Part shown: one piece after another, positions 43,269-54,851 of the stretch | How the letters are laid out: each line of letters starts with the position of its first letter | Numbering within the stretch: the first letter of the stretch is position 1 | Source of the DNA: Epithemia pelagica | Taxonomy: Eukaryota; Protista; Bacillariophyta | Direction: 5' to 3' | DNA: 64,000 bases | Assembly (NCBI GenBank): GCA_946965045.2 | Contig: OX337228.1 | Location: forward strand, 248,001 to 312,000 | The notes under the pieces: generated by a model | Told to the model about the DNA's origin: nothing | Seen by the model: the letters and a program-made list of their open reading frames with translations, nothing else | Database searches by the model: none | Translations under genes and position numbers: made by a program

Positions 43269-43707
43269 ATAAGAAAGATACTAGTCAATATATAATGAGA
43301 TTTGCTTCAGAGATTGCACTACTTGTCTGCTTGAACGAGACTGTTTGCTTCCACGAGACTTGCAATGAAAGGAATGTCCATATGGAAATCCATTTCCTGA
43401 ATTCCGTCCTGTATGTCCGGCTTGAATCGATCACCACCAACAACAACACAGCCGATGGACCAAGATTTTGAGGGAAGTAGTGTCCCTACCTATTCTATAC
43501 CCTCGATTCCTCCGACTTGGTCATATCTCTCAGGATCATTCTAGTGAAAATTGATTCGTCGTGTTTGTCACGAAGAACATATTGTTTCTTGTCGGACGGT
43601 GGGAAATAGACAGAGACTTGGAAAGTGGACCCTTCGTGCTCATATTGGTCACCAAGAGATACCAAACAATCTGGGGGAGCCTAAGACCGAGGTGAAGCAT
43701 CTCTGTA

Positions 43708-44964
43708 TCAAATCTCGGGGGTAGGAGAGCTATCTGGTGTCGAAAGATCAGTGGACGAGTCAGGTGACGTGACTTTTGGAGAAACGAGTGCCTCAGATGA
43801 AACAGGAAAGGGACGGAATTTCTTGTCATCCAATGGGAATGGCTTGGCAAGTAGAACACTTTCTAGATGGTCCGTTGGAGGATCGACCTTGAATTTACCC
43901 CCTCGACTCTTGTCATAACGGTACCGCTCAAAGTTTACTGAAACCTTGTCTTGAAAAGGCGAGAAAACTATGTCGATGCGTTGGCCAAGGCATCGGCATT
44001 TAAACTCCGGCTTTTCTGTCGGGCCTCGGATCACTGTCAGAAAATGGCCTCGCTTGAGGGTCACACCAGCAGCACCATCTTTTAAAGTTGGTCGAACTTC
44101 GCTCGAACCGTACACTGCTGCAAAACCAAGGAAATTTCGGACAATGTCCAACTCTTCTTGTGTTTCAAAGCGTAGGATGCCATTCTGACAGCTCATCCGA
44201 ATTTTACGGCGCGTGAGTTTGGCATCTAAGTCTTGATAGGTCTCAGAACCGTCGATATAATGACAGAAGACACATTTCAGGTGAGAATTGAGAAGGACAT
44301 GCAAGTAATTAAATGTTTTGGAGGGGATGTTACCGATGGTGACTGTCTGGAAGTCACGTTTCTCTGCATGCCCGCCTCGTTTGTTAAGAATCTTGATTAG
44401 AGCCTGGCGTAGTAGGAACAGGCCGTGCCAAGTGTTTTTGTGGAAACAGCGTGGAGGAGCAATCAGTTGTTCGTTTGGTTTCACTTGATCCATGGGGAAG
44501 CAGGTAAATTTCGACTCGTCTATTGGCACTAACTTGTTCTCCCGTACTTGCTTGAACCGTACTACGTAAACGTTTTTGATACCTTCCGCCCATCTGTTCA
44601 ACGGAGATTTCAGTTGCTTCTGTGTGAAACAAAATGCAGGATATCTGATGCAAATATCTTGTGCTTGAGCTTCGTACTGGTGAATCGAATCCCAGGATTC
44701 GTAGAGTTCGATTTGACGAGAGCCAGTTTCTTCTTCGAGGGGATCGAAATCACACTTCAGAATGGAGGGATGGCATTTTAGATTCTTTGGGGGGAATAAC
44801 GGGTAGAACAATTTCAACATGACATTGCCATCAGTATGTTTGTTCAGCTGGCATATGGTGGTTGAGTGTTGATCTTGATCACTCAATTTGACATGCACAA
44901 AAGTTCCCACCTGAAAGACATCATTGAATAGCGGAACATAAACCGGCCCTTCGTTTTCATACAT
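43708..44964 (-). CDS. Hypothetical protein (418 aa), convergent with the transposase; N-terminus possibly BAH-like
   Basis: Intact ATG-to-stop ORF of normal composition. VGTFVHV..ICQL..LFYP..ELYES..VYVVRF loosely follows BAH spacing. Confidence 0.6.
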   Translation of the reverse strand: MYENEGPVYVPLFNDVFQVGTFVHVKLSDQDQHSTTICQLNKHTDGNVMLKLFYPLFPPKNLKCHPSILKCDFDPLEEETGSRQIELYESWDSIHQYEAQAQDICIRYPAFCFTQKQLKSPLNRWAEGIKNVYVVRFKQVRENKLVPIDESKFTCFPMDQVKPNEQLIAPPRCFHKNTWHGLFLLRQALIKILNKRGGHAEKRDFQTVTIGNIPSKTFNYLHVLLNSHLKCVFCHYIDGSETYQDLDAKLTRRKIRMSCQNGILRFETQEELDIVRNFLGFAAVYGSSEVRPTLKDGAAGVTLKRGHFLTVIRGPTEKPEFKCRCLGQRIDIVFSPFQDKVSVNFERYRYDKSRGGKFKVDPPTDHLESVLLAKPFPLDDKKFRPFPVSSEALVSPKVTSPDSSTDLSTPDSSPTPEI

Positions 44965-45255
44965 GATGCCTTGTTTCTATGGTCAATCAATGGGAGACAA
45001 AGCAGTCGTTTGGGTATGTGGACAAAGGGAAATGAAGTATCAAGAATCATCCTTCACCATTGGCATGGTATCGTCCAAGCAACGGATGATTGCTTCCGAG
45101 TGAGCAGTGCCGTATAAGAATTCGGTACTAATGTGTGACATTCTCTGAGGAAAGGAATTAATTAGAAAATTTAAAGTGGTCATGAAGTTTTGTCGCAAAA
45201 ATGGGGGTATTTATTGTCGCCGGCAGGTCGTGTGTGTGCAAGTGTGTGGCGGGCG

Positions 45256-45777
45256 GGCTCGAAAAGCATGTTTTGTGGGAATGGATGGGATCCAAAGTGC
45301 TCCTTACGAGCCAGTCAATCGACTCATCCGTGTGCCATTAGGGAAATTTGGAATTAAGAAAGGCAATTCAAGCCCAAATTTGATGGTTGATTTCAGTAGG
45401 ACCTCAAACGCCTGTCATGAATGCCATGCGCATGAGGTCGAAGTTGTCGGCAAGGATCAAGGATGTGATTCATTGCTCTCATCATTCGAAAATGTTGGCC
45501 TGGATTGTAATGAACTGGCTCGAAAAGCATGTTTTGTGGGAATGGATGGGATCCAAAGTGCTCCTTACAAGCCAGTCAATCGACTCATCCGTGTGCCATT
45601 AGGGAAATTTGGAATTAAGAAAGGCAATTCAAGCCCAAATTTGATGGTTGATTTCAGTAGGACCTCAAACGCCTGTCATGAATGCAATGCGCATGAGGTC
45701 GAAGTTGTCGGCAAGGATCAAGGATGTGATTCATTGCTCTCATCATTCGAAAATGTTGGCCTGGATTGTAATGAACT
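45256..45777. repeat. 261-bp tandem duplication (2 copies)
   Basis: GGCTCGAAAAGCATG...AATGAACT at 45256-45516 and 45517-45777; two mismatches seen. Confidence 0.95.
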
Positions 45778-47502
45778 ACACCTAACTCTTTGCCCCGATA
45801 ACAGGATAACAAGACTTGTTTTCTATGTGCAGTCCATTGGGTGACCCAGCACCCAGCCCTTAATTAGAATGGCAATTGCATTATAGTCATCTGATGATAG
45901 CACTCATAGGTTTGTCCACCAGCGCAGTAGTCAAAATAAAGGTAGGAAGTGTCAGTCTCTTTCTTTTGTTTGTTTGCTGTTCCTGTTATCCTGCTTGCTA
46001 CTTGCAACAATTGGTCCTCATCATCGCATACTGCACATCTGAGGAGGTACAATGGGGTCTGGTGCATTAAAAAGGCCAACATAACAGGCTCTTCTTAGCC
46101 GACTTCTTAGCTGTTTTCCGTAGAGAGTCCTCGTACTCCCAGCTATTTTCTGCTTACTCCTTATTCCTGTCTCTAGCTAGCCATATTTTTTCTTGCTTCT
46201 TTTCTTATCGCATCTTACTCGTAGTAGCTCAGTTCTCTACTCTCTACCCATGCCTCTCCTCTAGCTCTTTCATGCCTGTTTTCTACGCGCCTAGCTCTGT
46301 TTTTGCGCCCCCTCTTTTTTAGGTTCAACGTACCCCATTTGTTGAGTTTTAATCGCCCCCATCCCTGATATAATACAAGTCACACAAATTTTGCGCGTCT
46401 GTGAGTCTGTCTTTCACCCTGTCACACATGCTCCTCTCACAAGTCACAAGCCAGTCTTGTTTTGTCGCCTGCATGAAATCCAACCGACGTACTCCCTATC
46501 TCTCTCATAATACACTTTCCTTTTTAATCTTGCCGCAGCCCCAGCAAAATTTCCGTTTTGTTCTTTATCAGACTGATTCTTCTATGGCCTGAACTCGAAG
46601 TAATCGTGGGTATGCAAGTTTTTGATAAGAGTACAAGACAAGTTTGTTGATCGAAGTACACTCTATCGGGATATCTCTTGCACCCTTCCAATTCCAACAG
46701 CGACCAACAATTGAAAAACTGAGACTGGGGTAACGTTCTCGAACCACCATGGCACGCCGGCAATAAATTCAAAGTGGCAGTTCGATAACTATATCAATCT
46801 ACCCACATTGTCCTCTTGAGATCATCCATATTCGTAGCTGCCTTTTTGACTAACATGTCTCTACCCATTTGTTACCATCGTCTATTACAACGTTCTTTCC
46901 TGCTAAAGTTTTGGTAGTCTGCTCGCTTTCTTCCTTCGATTTTTTTCACCACATACAACAGTCAAGAGTCGTCTTCTCCTCCAACCCCGTATGCTCACAC
47001 TAACAACCACTTTTCTCCTCCTGCTTCCAACTTTTCCATACGTAGCCTTCTTCTAACCAACATTCTTTTCATCCGATCCTACTAGACGCCATAAAAGCAA
47101 TACCTAAATCATGTTCGTCCGATGCTGTTGATCATCGTAAAAGTTGCCTATGTAATCACAAAATTAGAAGCGACGTTTTTCCCGTAAGAAGATTTCAGAT
47201 AGAAAATTTTTGATTTTTGAAGTCGCTGATAGGGCCCCTACCCCAAGACGCTCCGACATTGCGGGGCGATCCACGCGGTCGCACCCCGTATACCAAGTAG
47301 TTTGCAGCGAACGTGGAGCATCCTCCGGAAAACCCCAAGCGCCAGAAGCTTGCTAAGGTGGCTTACAATACTTGTCTTCCACTTGGACGGGTCGTGGGTC
47401 ATCCAAGCAGGACATCACCAACACAAGCCAACCGACCACCGACCAGCAAGACAGATGCAAAATATTAGAGGTAGGACAAAAACAGAACAAAACAAAAGGA
47501 AA

Positions 47503-50247
47503 ATGGCTGCTGACTTTAATGCCTACCTACAAGACACCCTCTTGATCAAAGAACATGTGGTCAGGTTGGCGCTTAACTCACAGGGCCTGGAGTCATTTGC
47601 TGACTTGGAAGCGATCTCAGAGAAAGACATCGAGCAGATCGCCACGGACATCCGCAGGCCTACTGGAACAATGCCAAACCCTGATCATGATCAAGATGCA
47701 CCGGTTGCCGGAGTCCCCGAGACCATTCCCAATCCAGGGGTTTCCTTCGGCCGCATCTACGAGAAACGCTTAAAGATGTTGAGGTACTTCATCCTTCACC
47801 TCAAGAAGATTCAACGTACCTTCAACGCGGCTACTGCCACTCTAGATCGCTTGAGCGATATGTACGAAGAAGAAGAAGAGTACGACAACGACGTGACTGT
47901 CCCCGAGAAGCTCACCAGCGTAGAATCCCTGCGGTCCACCCTTGAGGCCCTCGATTACTACTTGGAACGCAAGCGCGGTGTTACAGGAATTCCCCTTGCC
48001 GCATACACACGTGAGGATGTTGAGTTGCCAGCGGCTGCTGACGACGAGGGTATTGGGCAGCCATCCATCTTAGAAGAGTTAATCCGACGCGCCCCCCATA
48101 CCGGTAGCACCTACCGCCAGGACAATGCACTTGTTTGGATTGCGATCCGCCAGATCACCCACGAAGGGCCATGCTGGGGTTGGGTACAAGAGTACTCACA
48201 CAACATGAACGGTCGGGGCGCCTATCTTTCTCTCAAAAGCCACTCTCATGGAACTGTATTCCAAGAAAGCCTACGTGTACCGGATACTGAGAACCTGCAG
48301 CGACGTTTCCACTCGCTTCCACCACCTACGGAACCGCAGCAATGGATTGGTCGATCTTCGGCCGAACGAGTCGTCAGTGAAGTTGTGTTGCAAAATTTCC
48401 ATCAACGATTATCGACGAATCATGCCGATTTCACATTCCTGGTCGCCTCGGGGCATGTCCGGAGTGGGAAGACTCGCACCGGAATGGAAACACCCCGAAT
48501 CGTCCAGAATTTTTGCGAGGCAGAGCTCACTCGCAAAAATGTAAACACTGCAAAGCCAGTCTACCTCCGAATTGATTTCCTCAATGGTGCTCGATTTAAC
48601 AGGCAGTTTGACTCCCCTTCTCGGTCCATCAGCGAGGCACTCGGGGCTCGTCTCATTTCGGCCTTTTATGAAAAAATCGCGTTGCAGAACGGTGTGACTC
48701 ACGATGTTGCGCTCCAGCACATTGTCACGCACATTAGAAATACTCACCCAGATCGTAATTTGATTGTCCCGATTGTGATCCACTTTGATGAGCATGGGGC
48801 TTTTATTGACGACATGAACAAGGTTGTCTCGAATCGCGGTCAACCTGGAAAGGACTATTTTCTTGGTATGCTCCAGTTGATTGGATCTGCCGCAACAACA
48901 AATGAAGGATATCTCTCTGCCTATCACAAAATGGGTGCCTATTTTCTTGTTCCGATTACGACAGGAACCTCTCATTCGGCTGCAAATTTTGATAGAGCGA
49001 GCCGCTACAAGATTTGGCCAGTCCCCCTACCTGTATTGACATTTGACGAATCCCTGTTGTTGGCAGAATCTTGTTTGGAAGTGACGGGCCTGGAGCCTGA
49101 CGAGATTTGTACCACGTTGAACGACGCCATGTTCCGAATCGCGTTGGGTGACACGGGTGGGCTTCCGGGCCTCGTTTTCTTCTTATCGACTAGGAAGCTA
49201 CGAGACCTATCATACGTGGAGCACCTACACAATCGAACCAAGTCTTACATTGCCGGAAATTGGAATCATCGGTGGGCACCTATAACCTCAGTCTGCTTGG
49301 CACGACCGCGCGTGACAAATACAACGGTCCTCATGACAGAATACAAGCACCCAACTTTAGCAAGCGTCTTGTACGGCACGAGAGATGATTTTTTAAAAGT
49401 GCATCCAAGTTTAAATCCTGACATGGCTGCGATTGCCTACACTGTTCAAGACGCTTTGGATGGAGGGACAGTATTTTGGCAAGCGGATGGAGAAATCGGC
49501 CTAGCACCAGCTCTTCTTTCCAAATTCAATGGCGGAGAAGGAATGTTCAACCCAATCCTCACTCGACAAATATCGTCGTCACAAGAATGGACATGGCAAT
49601 ATTTTGAGTCGGCCCATTTGCTCTACCTTGCCGCGATCATGGCCGCTCTTGTCAAGGAAAGGAGACGTTTCAGCAACATTACGCTTGGAACGCTTCTTCG
49701 AAGTTCGAGTCCCCGTGAGTCCAGTATCCTCTCTGAAGCGTTGCAGCTACCAGCAAAATTTGATGGCGGAAAATTCACAAGGGACGCAACGCAATGCATC
49801 CCAAGAATGAATGCAAAGAAAGGAAGCCAAATTAAGGTTTCTCTCGACGATTTCGAAACTGTACATCTGGCCATGGAAGGGACACCAATTGTCGACGGCT
49901 ACCTTAATTTACGTCTTGGGGCAGCGTTATCATCGGACATTGCCACCAAGACATTGTTTATTCAATACAAGCACAGCGGACTTGAGAGTCAATCATCCGC
50001 CGTACATATTTCACATATGAATCACGAAGTCAACAAGCTGGCTGTCCGTCTGAATAAACATGGATGGCCGCAGGACCGAGGGTGGATCTTTCTGTGGGTC
50101 ACAAACCGGGATGTTGTACAAGACTGTGTTCCAGATCAACGTCTTCTTTGGGTGGACAAGACCTCGCTCTCGAAACATGCCCCTTTGCTAGGAACTCGAG
50201 GCTTGGTGCCCTTGGAACAGCTACGGGAGGTGGATCACAAGGAATGA
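47503..50247 (+). CDS. Chimeric ORF: copia Gag N-terminal ~258 aa fused in frame to NTPase-nuclease (914 aa)
   Basis: Gag-like motifs DIRRPTG, RLKMLRYF, GIPLAAY, RAPHTG..YRQDN..VW, W.W....NGRGAYLSLKSH. The junction at ~48278 (TACCGGATAC) leads into PDTENLQRRF and the rest of the paralogs' sequence. Confidence 0.85.
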   Translation: MAADFNAYLQDTLLIKEHVVRLALNSQGLESFADLEAISEKDIEQIATDIRRPTGTMPNPDHDQDAPVAGVPETIPNPGVSFGRIYEKRLKMLRYFILHLKKIQRTFNAATATLDRLSDMYEEEEEYDNDVTVPEKLTSVESLRSTLEALDYYLERKRGVTGIPLAAYTREDVELPAAADDEGIGQPSILEELIRRAPHTGSTYRQDNALVWIAIRQITHEGPCWGWVQEYSHNMNGRGAYLSLKSHSHGTVFQESLRVPDTENLQRRFHSLPPPTEPQQWIGRSSAERVVSEVVLQNFHQRLSTNHADFTFLVASGHVRSGKTRTGMETPRIVQNFCEAELTRKNVNTAKPVYLRIDFLNGARFNRQFDSPSRSISEALGARLISAFYEKIALQNGVTHDVALQHIVTHIRNTHPDRNLIVPIVIHFDEHGAFIDDMNKVVSNRGQPGKDYFLGMLQLIGSAATTNEGYLSAYHKMGAYFLVPITTGTSHSAANFDRASRYKIWPVPLPVLTFDESLLLAESCLEVTGLEPDEICTTLNDAMFRIALGDTGGLPGLVFFLSTRKLRDLSYVEHLHNRTKSYIAGNWNHRWAPITSVCLARPRVTNTTVLMTEYKHPTLASVLYGTRDDFLKVHPSLNPDMAAIAYTVQDALDGGTVFWQADGEIGLAPALLSKFNGGEGMFNPILTRQISSSQEWTWQYFESAHLLYLAAIMAALVKERRRFSNITLGTLLRSSSPRESSILSEALQLPAKFDGGKFTRDATQCIPRMNAKKGSQIKVSLDDFETVHLAMEGTPIVDGYLNLRLGAALSSDIATKTLFIQYKHSGLESQSSAVHISHMNHEVNKLAVRLNKHGWPQDRGWIFLWVTNRDVVQDCVPDQRLLWVDKTSLSKHAPLLGTRGLVPLEQLREVDHKE

Positions 50248-50594
50248 AATCAATCGCTTGGAGATTAAATCTATCTGGTTTGGGTTTGTCCCGCAATGGA
50301 ACCATTATATGTACAATGGACATTGATAGCTTGAGCCAGGCGTTTGCGGATGCTTGGAGCCGTGGAAAGTGGAACTATGGGAGAAAGAGAGAGGCAAAGA
50401 GTGGCAAGAGAGCACGGTGGCACTCGAAACGGTCTCGACGAGAGATCCCAATGGAAAGGATCTTTATATAGTTCTATCCTAAACTTCAAAGGACACAAGG
50501 AGGGATGGACGACAGAGAGTGAGAAGGAATTGGGATTGTTCTAGTACCTGTTTTGGTTTTCTTGTGTTTGTAGCCTGGTGTGGTTTGTATTGTA

Positions 50595-53500
50595 TTAGGA
50601 CGTGGCACACGCACGACCACTAATACTCCCACTAATACTGGGACTGACTTGGCGAACCGAACGTTGTCCCAACACGGGTGTCTGTGTCTGATGGTGATGA
50701 TGATCATGAGTGGTGGTTGTGGTCAAGGCGACGGTTGTTGTGGTCCTGGTCGTTGGTGTGGCACTCGCATCGTTGGGGGTGCTGTTGGTGGTTCCTCGTT
50801 CGCTTTCCGGTGGTGTGGTGGTGGCGGTGGAGGAGGAGGTACTCCTAGTATTAGTGCTAGGTGCATTGTCGGGACTCTTGTGGTGGGGCAATAAGGGTGA
50901 GACATGATGGGACTGGGGCAGTACTACAGGGGGTGAGCATGATGATGAGGATGATACTGTGTGCGTTGCTTGTTGCGGTGGCTGGCATCCTCCAATGACA
51001 CTGGGTGGATAGATCGAACCACGAGGTGTTTCGGTCACCAACGGGGACACGGAAGAAGAAGCAGAAGTGTCCCCGGACGGCTGTGAACGGGGAATCATGG
51101 ACAAGAGAGACGGTCCAGTAGTAGGAGCCGAAGGATAAAACGTAGTGACCTGGGGTGGGTAGAGCTGACACACCATGGGCGTCGTTGTCGTGGTCGTGGT
51201 CACTGTGGTGGGGGCATCCGGTTCTTCATGTCGTTGTCGTTGTTCGTGTCGTGCTGGAAGGAGAGTTTGGATGGAGGGTACGGATGCGGTCAAAGAGACA
51301 GTAAAGGGACAGGTCTGATGCAAGGGCAATCGTTGACCAATTTGTCGAATTTGGTGAAAGTCCAGTTGATACACCCACTTGTAGTAGGGCCGTCGATGAT
51401 GGTATCCAAACATGGCATCCGTACTGGTTGCAGTGCCACCATCTTCCATGGGGCAAGCCGCGGAATCCACCTCTTTTTCCACCGACAATGCCGACAAACT
51501 ATTCGTAGTACAGGGTCGTGCCGGTGGATCATCCACCTTGGTCAAATATCCCGTCGCCGTCAAGACATTGGCAATGTCGTAGAGTCGTCGAATTTTGGTC
51601 TTGAGACCACGAGCGGCCAGCCGATGCAACAGTTCCGGATCCTTGGGAAGCGTACAAGGACCGTCCGGGGACTGCTTGTGATTGTTGTGGTTGTTGTTGT
51701 TGTGGGGGTCGCTACTACTACTCATTCCTCGGGCACCCAAGGTGGCCAATTCCGTCACGGACGTGACCGTCCCATGAATTTTATCCGATGCATCGGCCAA
51801 GGAGACAATGGGATTGCCGGCCAAAAAGACTTGAAGAAATTGCTGCGACAATCGACTCAGCGATTTGGCTTGACGTTCGGTGGTCGTATTATTGCTGTTA
51901 CCGTCACTGCGGCGTTTCGAGTTGGGACTCTCTCCTTCTCTGTGACCGCCTTGGTCGCCAGTCCCATTGGTTGCTGCGGCGGATGCATCATTTTCCTTTT
52001 CGTCGTTGTCGTCGTCTTGGGGTTCCCCCACAATCAATCCCGCCGCTTGAGCATCGTCTGGATACTCGTGACAGGCTTGTCGTTGCAAAATGGCAAAGTA
52101 GGTGGGCAAATGATGGGTGCCCATCCAATGATAGGTATTCTTGCCCTTTTTGACCACGAGTTTGACCGCTTCCAAAATATTCACGACATCGTAGATGCGC
52201 CGACGTTCCACACCCAATTCGTGCGCCAACACATCAATCACGGCCAGCGTTCCGGGGGGCGAATGCCGGTGTTTGGCCAAAAAGGTTTCGGCCAAGACAC
52301 CCAAGGACTTTTTCTTGCGACTGTACTGTGCTTCACACGACGACGTAATAGTAGTACTAGTGGAAGTTTCCAGTGGTGGTACAGGAGTGGTTCCTATGCC
52401 GTGACTCATGGTCCGGGAGATGGATTGTGTACTCGGAGTGGATGTTGTCATTGTGGATGTTGTTGTCGTGGGCGTTTGCGAAACGGCGGGAGGAACAGGG
52501 ACCAATGGCTTGTGAGGATGGGCCATGGGCGTTTGTAGTGTGGTGGGCTGGGGACGAACCGGGGGTTGTTGTTCTTGTCGTTGTTGTTGTGGCGGATTTG
52601 GGACCGTCCCACCAGCCACAGCAGTCGTCGTTGTCGCTGTCGCCTGTGGTGGTTGGGGAGGACCGGTCGTCGTCGTCGTGTGAACCGGCCCTATTGTAGG
52701 ACCCGTAGCACAGCCAGAGGCATTTGGACGATTCTTGGTCCAGCTGCCGTGGATGGTATTCGTTGCCTGTTGAGGAGGGGATGGTGTCGCAGTACTATTA
52801 TTCGGAGACGGTTGCTATATATATATAGAGAGAGAGAGAGACAACCAGAGACCGACCGGGAACATCACAAAACACACAAAGGAAAACAACACAAATGAGA
52901 GAATCCACAGACAAACAAACAAACAAACAAACACACGACCAAAGGCAGTCGTTGCCGTAAGAAATCGTACCGACTGTTCTTGCGACAATGTGTGCCGAAT
53001 GATGGGTGCTTGCGGGGGTGGTGGCACGGATTGGGACTGTGCGGGTGCCGGTTGGGCGCCTCCGTTCACCACCAAGGGTGTGGGTGGTACTCCAGCCTTG
53101 TGGTTGTTGTTGTTGTTGTTGTTGGTAGGTGGAGAGGGGGTGGTAATGGTTGGTGTGGGACGGAATCGTGTGCCGCCGGATGCCTGGTGATGAGAATGAG
53201 AATGAGGATAGTAATACGGATGGTGGTGATGATGGTGATAATGAGGAGGAATCGAATGGTAGAAAGGATACACGGTCCGGGAAGGAGGAGGAGCCGTGCC
53301 CCACCAGCGAATGGGCGTTGTTGTGGTTGTGGTTGTGGTTGTTTTGGTAGTGGATGTGGGACCATTCGTGGCCGTGTGAGAATGAGGGTGAGCCGGATGG
53401 GGGACTGTCTGTGGTTGTGGATGATGGTGTGGTTGAACCCGTGGATGCGCAACTGATGAGTGTGGTGGTTGGGACTGCTTTTGTGGTTGTTGTGGTGGTG

Positions 53501-54851
53501 GTGGGCCAGAATGGCCAGGATGCTTTTGTTGTTGTTGTGGTTGTGATTGTGATTGTGGTTGTGGTTGTGGAGGCGACGAATGGGATGGTACTGGTGGTTG
53601 CTCCGCTGGGTGATTGGGTGTTGGATGCGAATGCGTGGTGGTGGTGGTGCTGCTGCTACTACTCATACTCGGGAGTGGTGTTGGCGGTGCCGCAATACTC
53701 TTAGGGTTCGTAGTATTAGGAGTAGTACCCGTGTTTGTACCAGCACCAATGGCAGACGACGAAGAAGAAGACGAAGGAGCATATCGTTGCTGTGGTGGTC
53801 CGGAGGGATGATGCGACATCCACGGAATGTGACCTGGATGATAGGATGGGGGATAGCCAAAGGAATGACCGTGTAATAATAATGGCGCAGTTGTGTTGTG
53901 GTTGTTGTTGTCGTTGTTGGTATTCCGCAGGGACAAGGAATGCAAAATGGGAGGACCAGCACCAGTAGCACCAACAACCGAAGGAGGAGGAGGAGGCGGA
54001 CCACTCGAATGGTGATGGTAGCCGGTCGTCGTCAGGGGCCTCCGACTCGTCGTCCAACCAACTCCCGCAAGTGTCGTAGTAGGTGCTGTTGTGGTCGCCG
54101 TCGTAGTACTAGGTGCCGTATGGTTCTGGGTGTGGGGGCCGCTCGTGTTGGGATGTTGATGGGTCTTGTTGTTGTGGTTGGAAGAAGTCGAGGACGAGAC
54201 AGGATTCCTACCGTTGGACTCTCGAGGATTCTCCTCCGTTTCCTTGCGTGTTGTTGTTGTGGTTGTTGGTTCGTTGGTTGGCAACCGACTCTGCTTGTTC
54301 TTGTCGTCGTCGTTCGTGGCAGTCTCGGACGTTGTCCCAGTTTCGGGGTGATGGTTGCCAAGGGAGGATGGTGAAGCGGCCGAGGAGGAGGAGGAGGAAC
54401 TGGCAAAGGAAATGGTTCGTTGGGGTTGATTTTGGTTTTCGGGCACTCCTGCTCCGGATGTTTGATGACAAATGCTACTCAAGGCAATGGCCGCCATGGA
54501 TCGTGGCGAAAAGACACTTGGTGGTTCCAAGCTGCTGCTGTTGCTGCCAATAGAAGAACCATTCTTGTTCTGGTTGTTGTTCACCGGGTGAAGGTTGCAG
54601 GAGTCTTCCTTGTCTTTTTGTGGGAAGACTCGAGGTGCCAATGCCGTCTTTTTCGGGGCCGGTTCCTCCACGACAACTTCTACGGACGGTAGTTCGGTCC
54701 AATACTCGGCTGGATCTTGATAGGCCACACCCAAGGGAGGTTGTTGTGGTGAAGATGCTGCGGCGGTTTTTCGTTTCTTGCCACCCTTTACCCGTTGTTT
54801 CGTCTTCTTCTTGGTGTGGTTCGGGGAGTCGTTGGGAGCGACAACTGTCAT
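50595..54851 (-). CDS. DEL: Atypical E2F (E2F7/8 / DEL type) with two DNA-binding domains; predicted exons 54851-52971 and 52814-50595
   Basis: SRKKKSLG..ERRRIYDVVNILE..KNTYHWMG and KSLSRLSQQF..KIRRLYDIANVL. A GT-AG intron at 52970-52815 joins the two ORFs in phase 0. The exon 1 start is less certain. Confidence 0.85.

Larger units (their letters stand above)
38501..47291. mobile_element. 8.8-kb insertion into the shared leader, carrying a transposase-like gene
   Basis: The leader is contiguous in units 2 and 3 (CCACCAAGTCCTTTGCAGCG) but split here. ACCAAG occurs at 38495-38500 and 47292-47297. No TIRs found by eye. Confidence 0.6.

Noticed and set aside
43708-44964. Calling this ORF RAG2-like
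   Set aside because: No kelch repeats or PHD Cys/His pattern; only the orientation is analogous.
45176-45844. 222-aa ORF with an internal 87-aa repeat as a protein
   Set aside because: GTG start, and its length is explained by the 261-bp DNA duplication; no domain recognised.
47302-47502. N-terminal 67 aa of the 981-aa ORF
   Set aside because: Non-ATG start; corresponds to the non-coding shared leader. The gag ATG is at 47503.
52815-52970. Hydrophobic C-terminal tail of ORF 52815-54998 as a transmembrane segment
   Set aside because: It is a GT-AG intron with TTTG/CT microsatellites; splicing joins the ORF in frame to the E2F exon.
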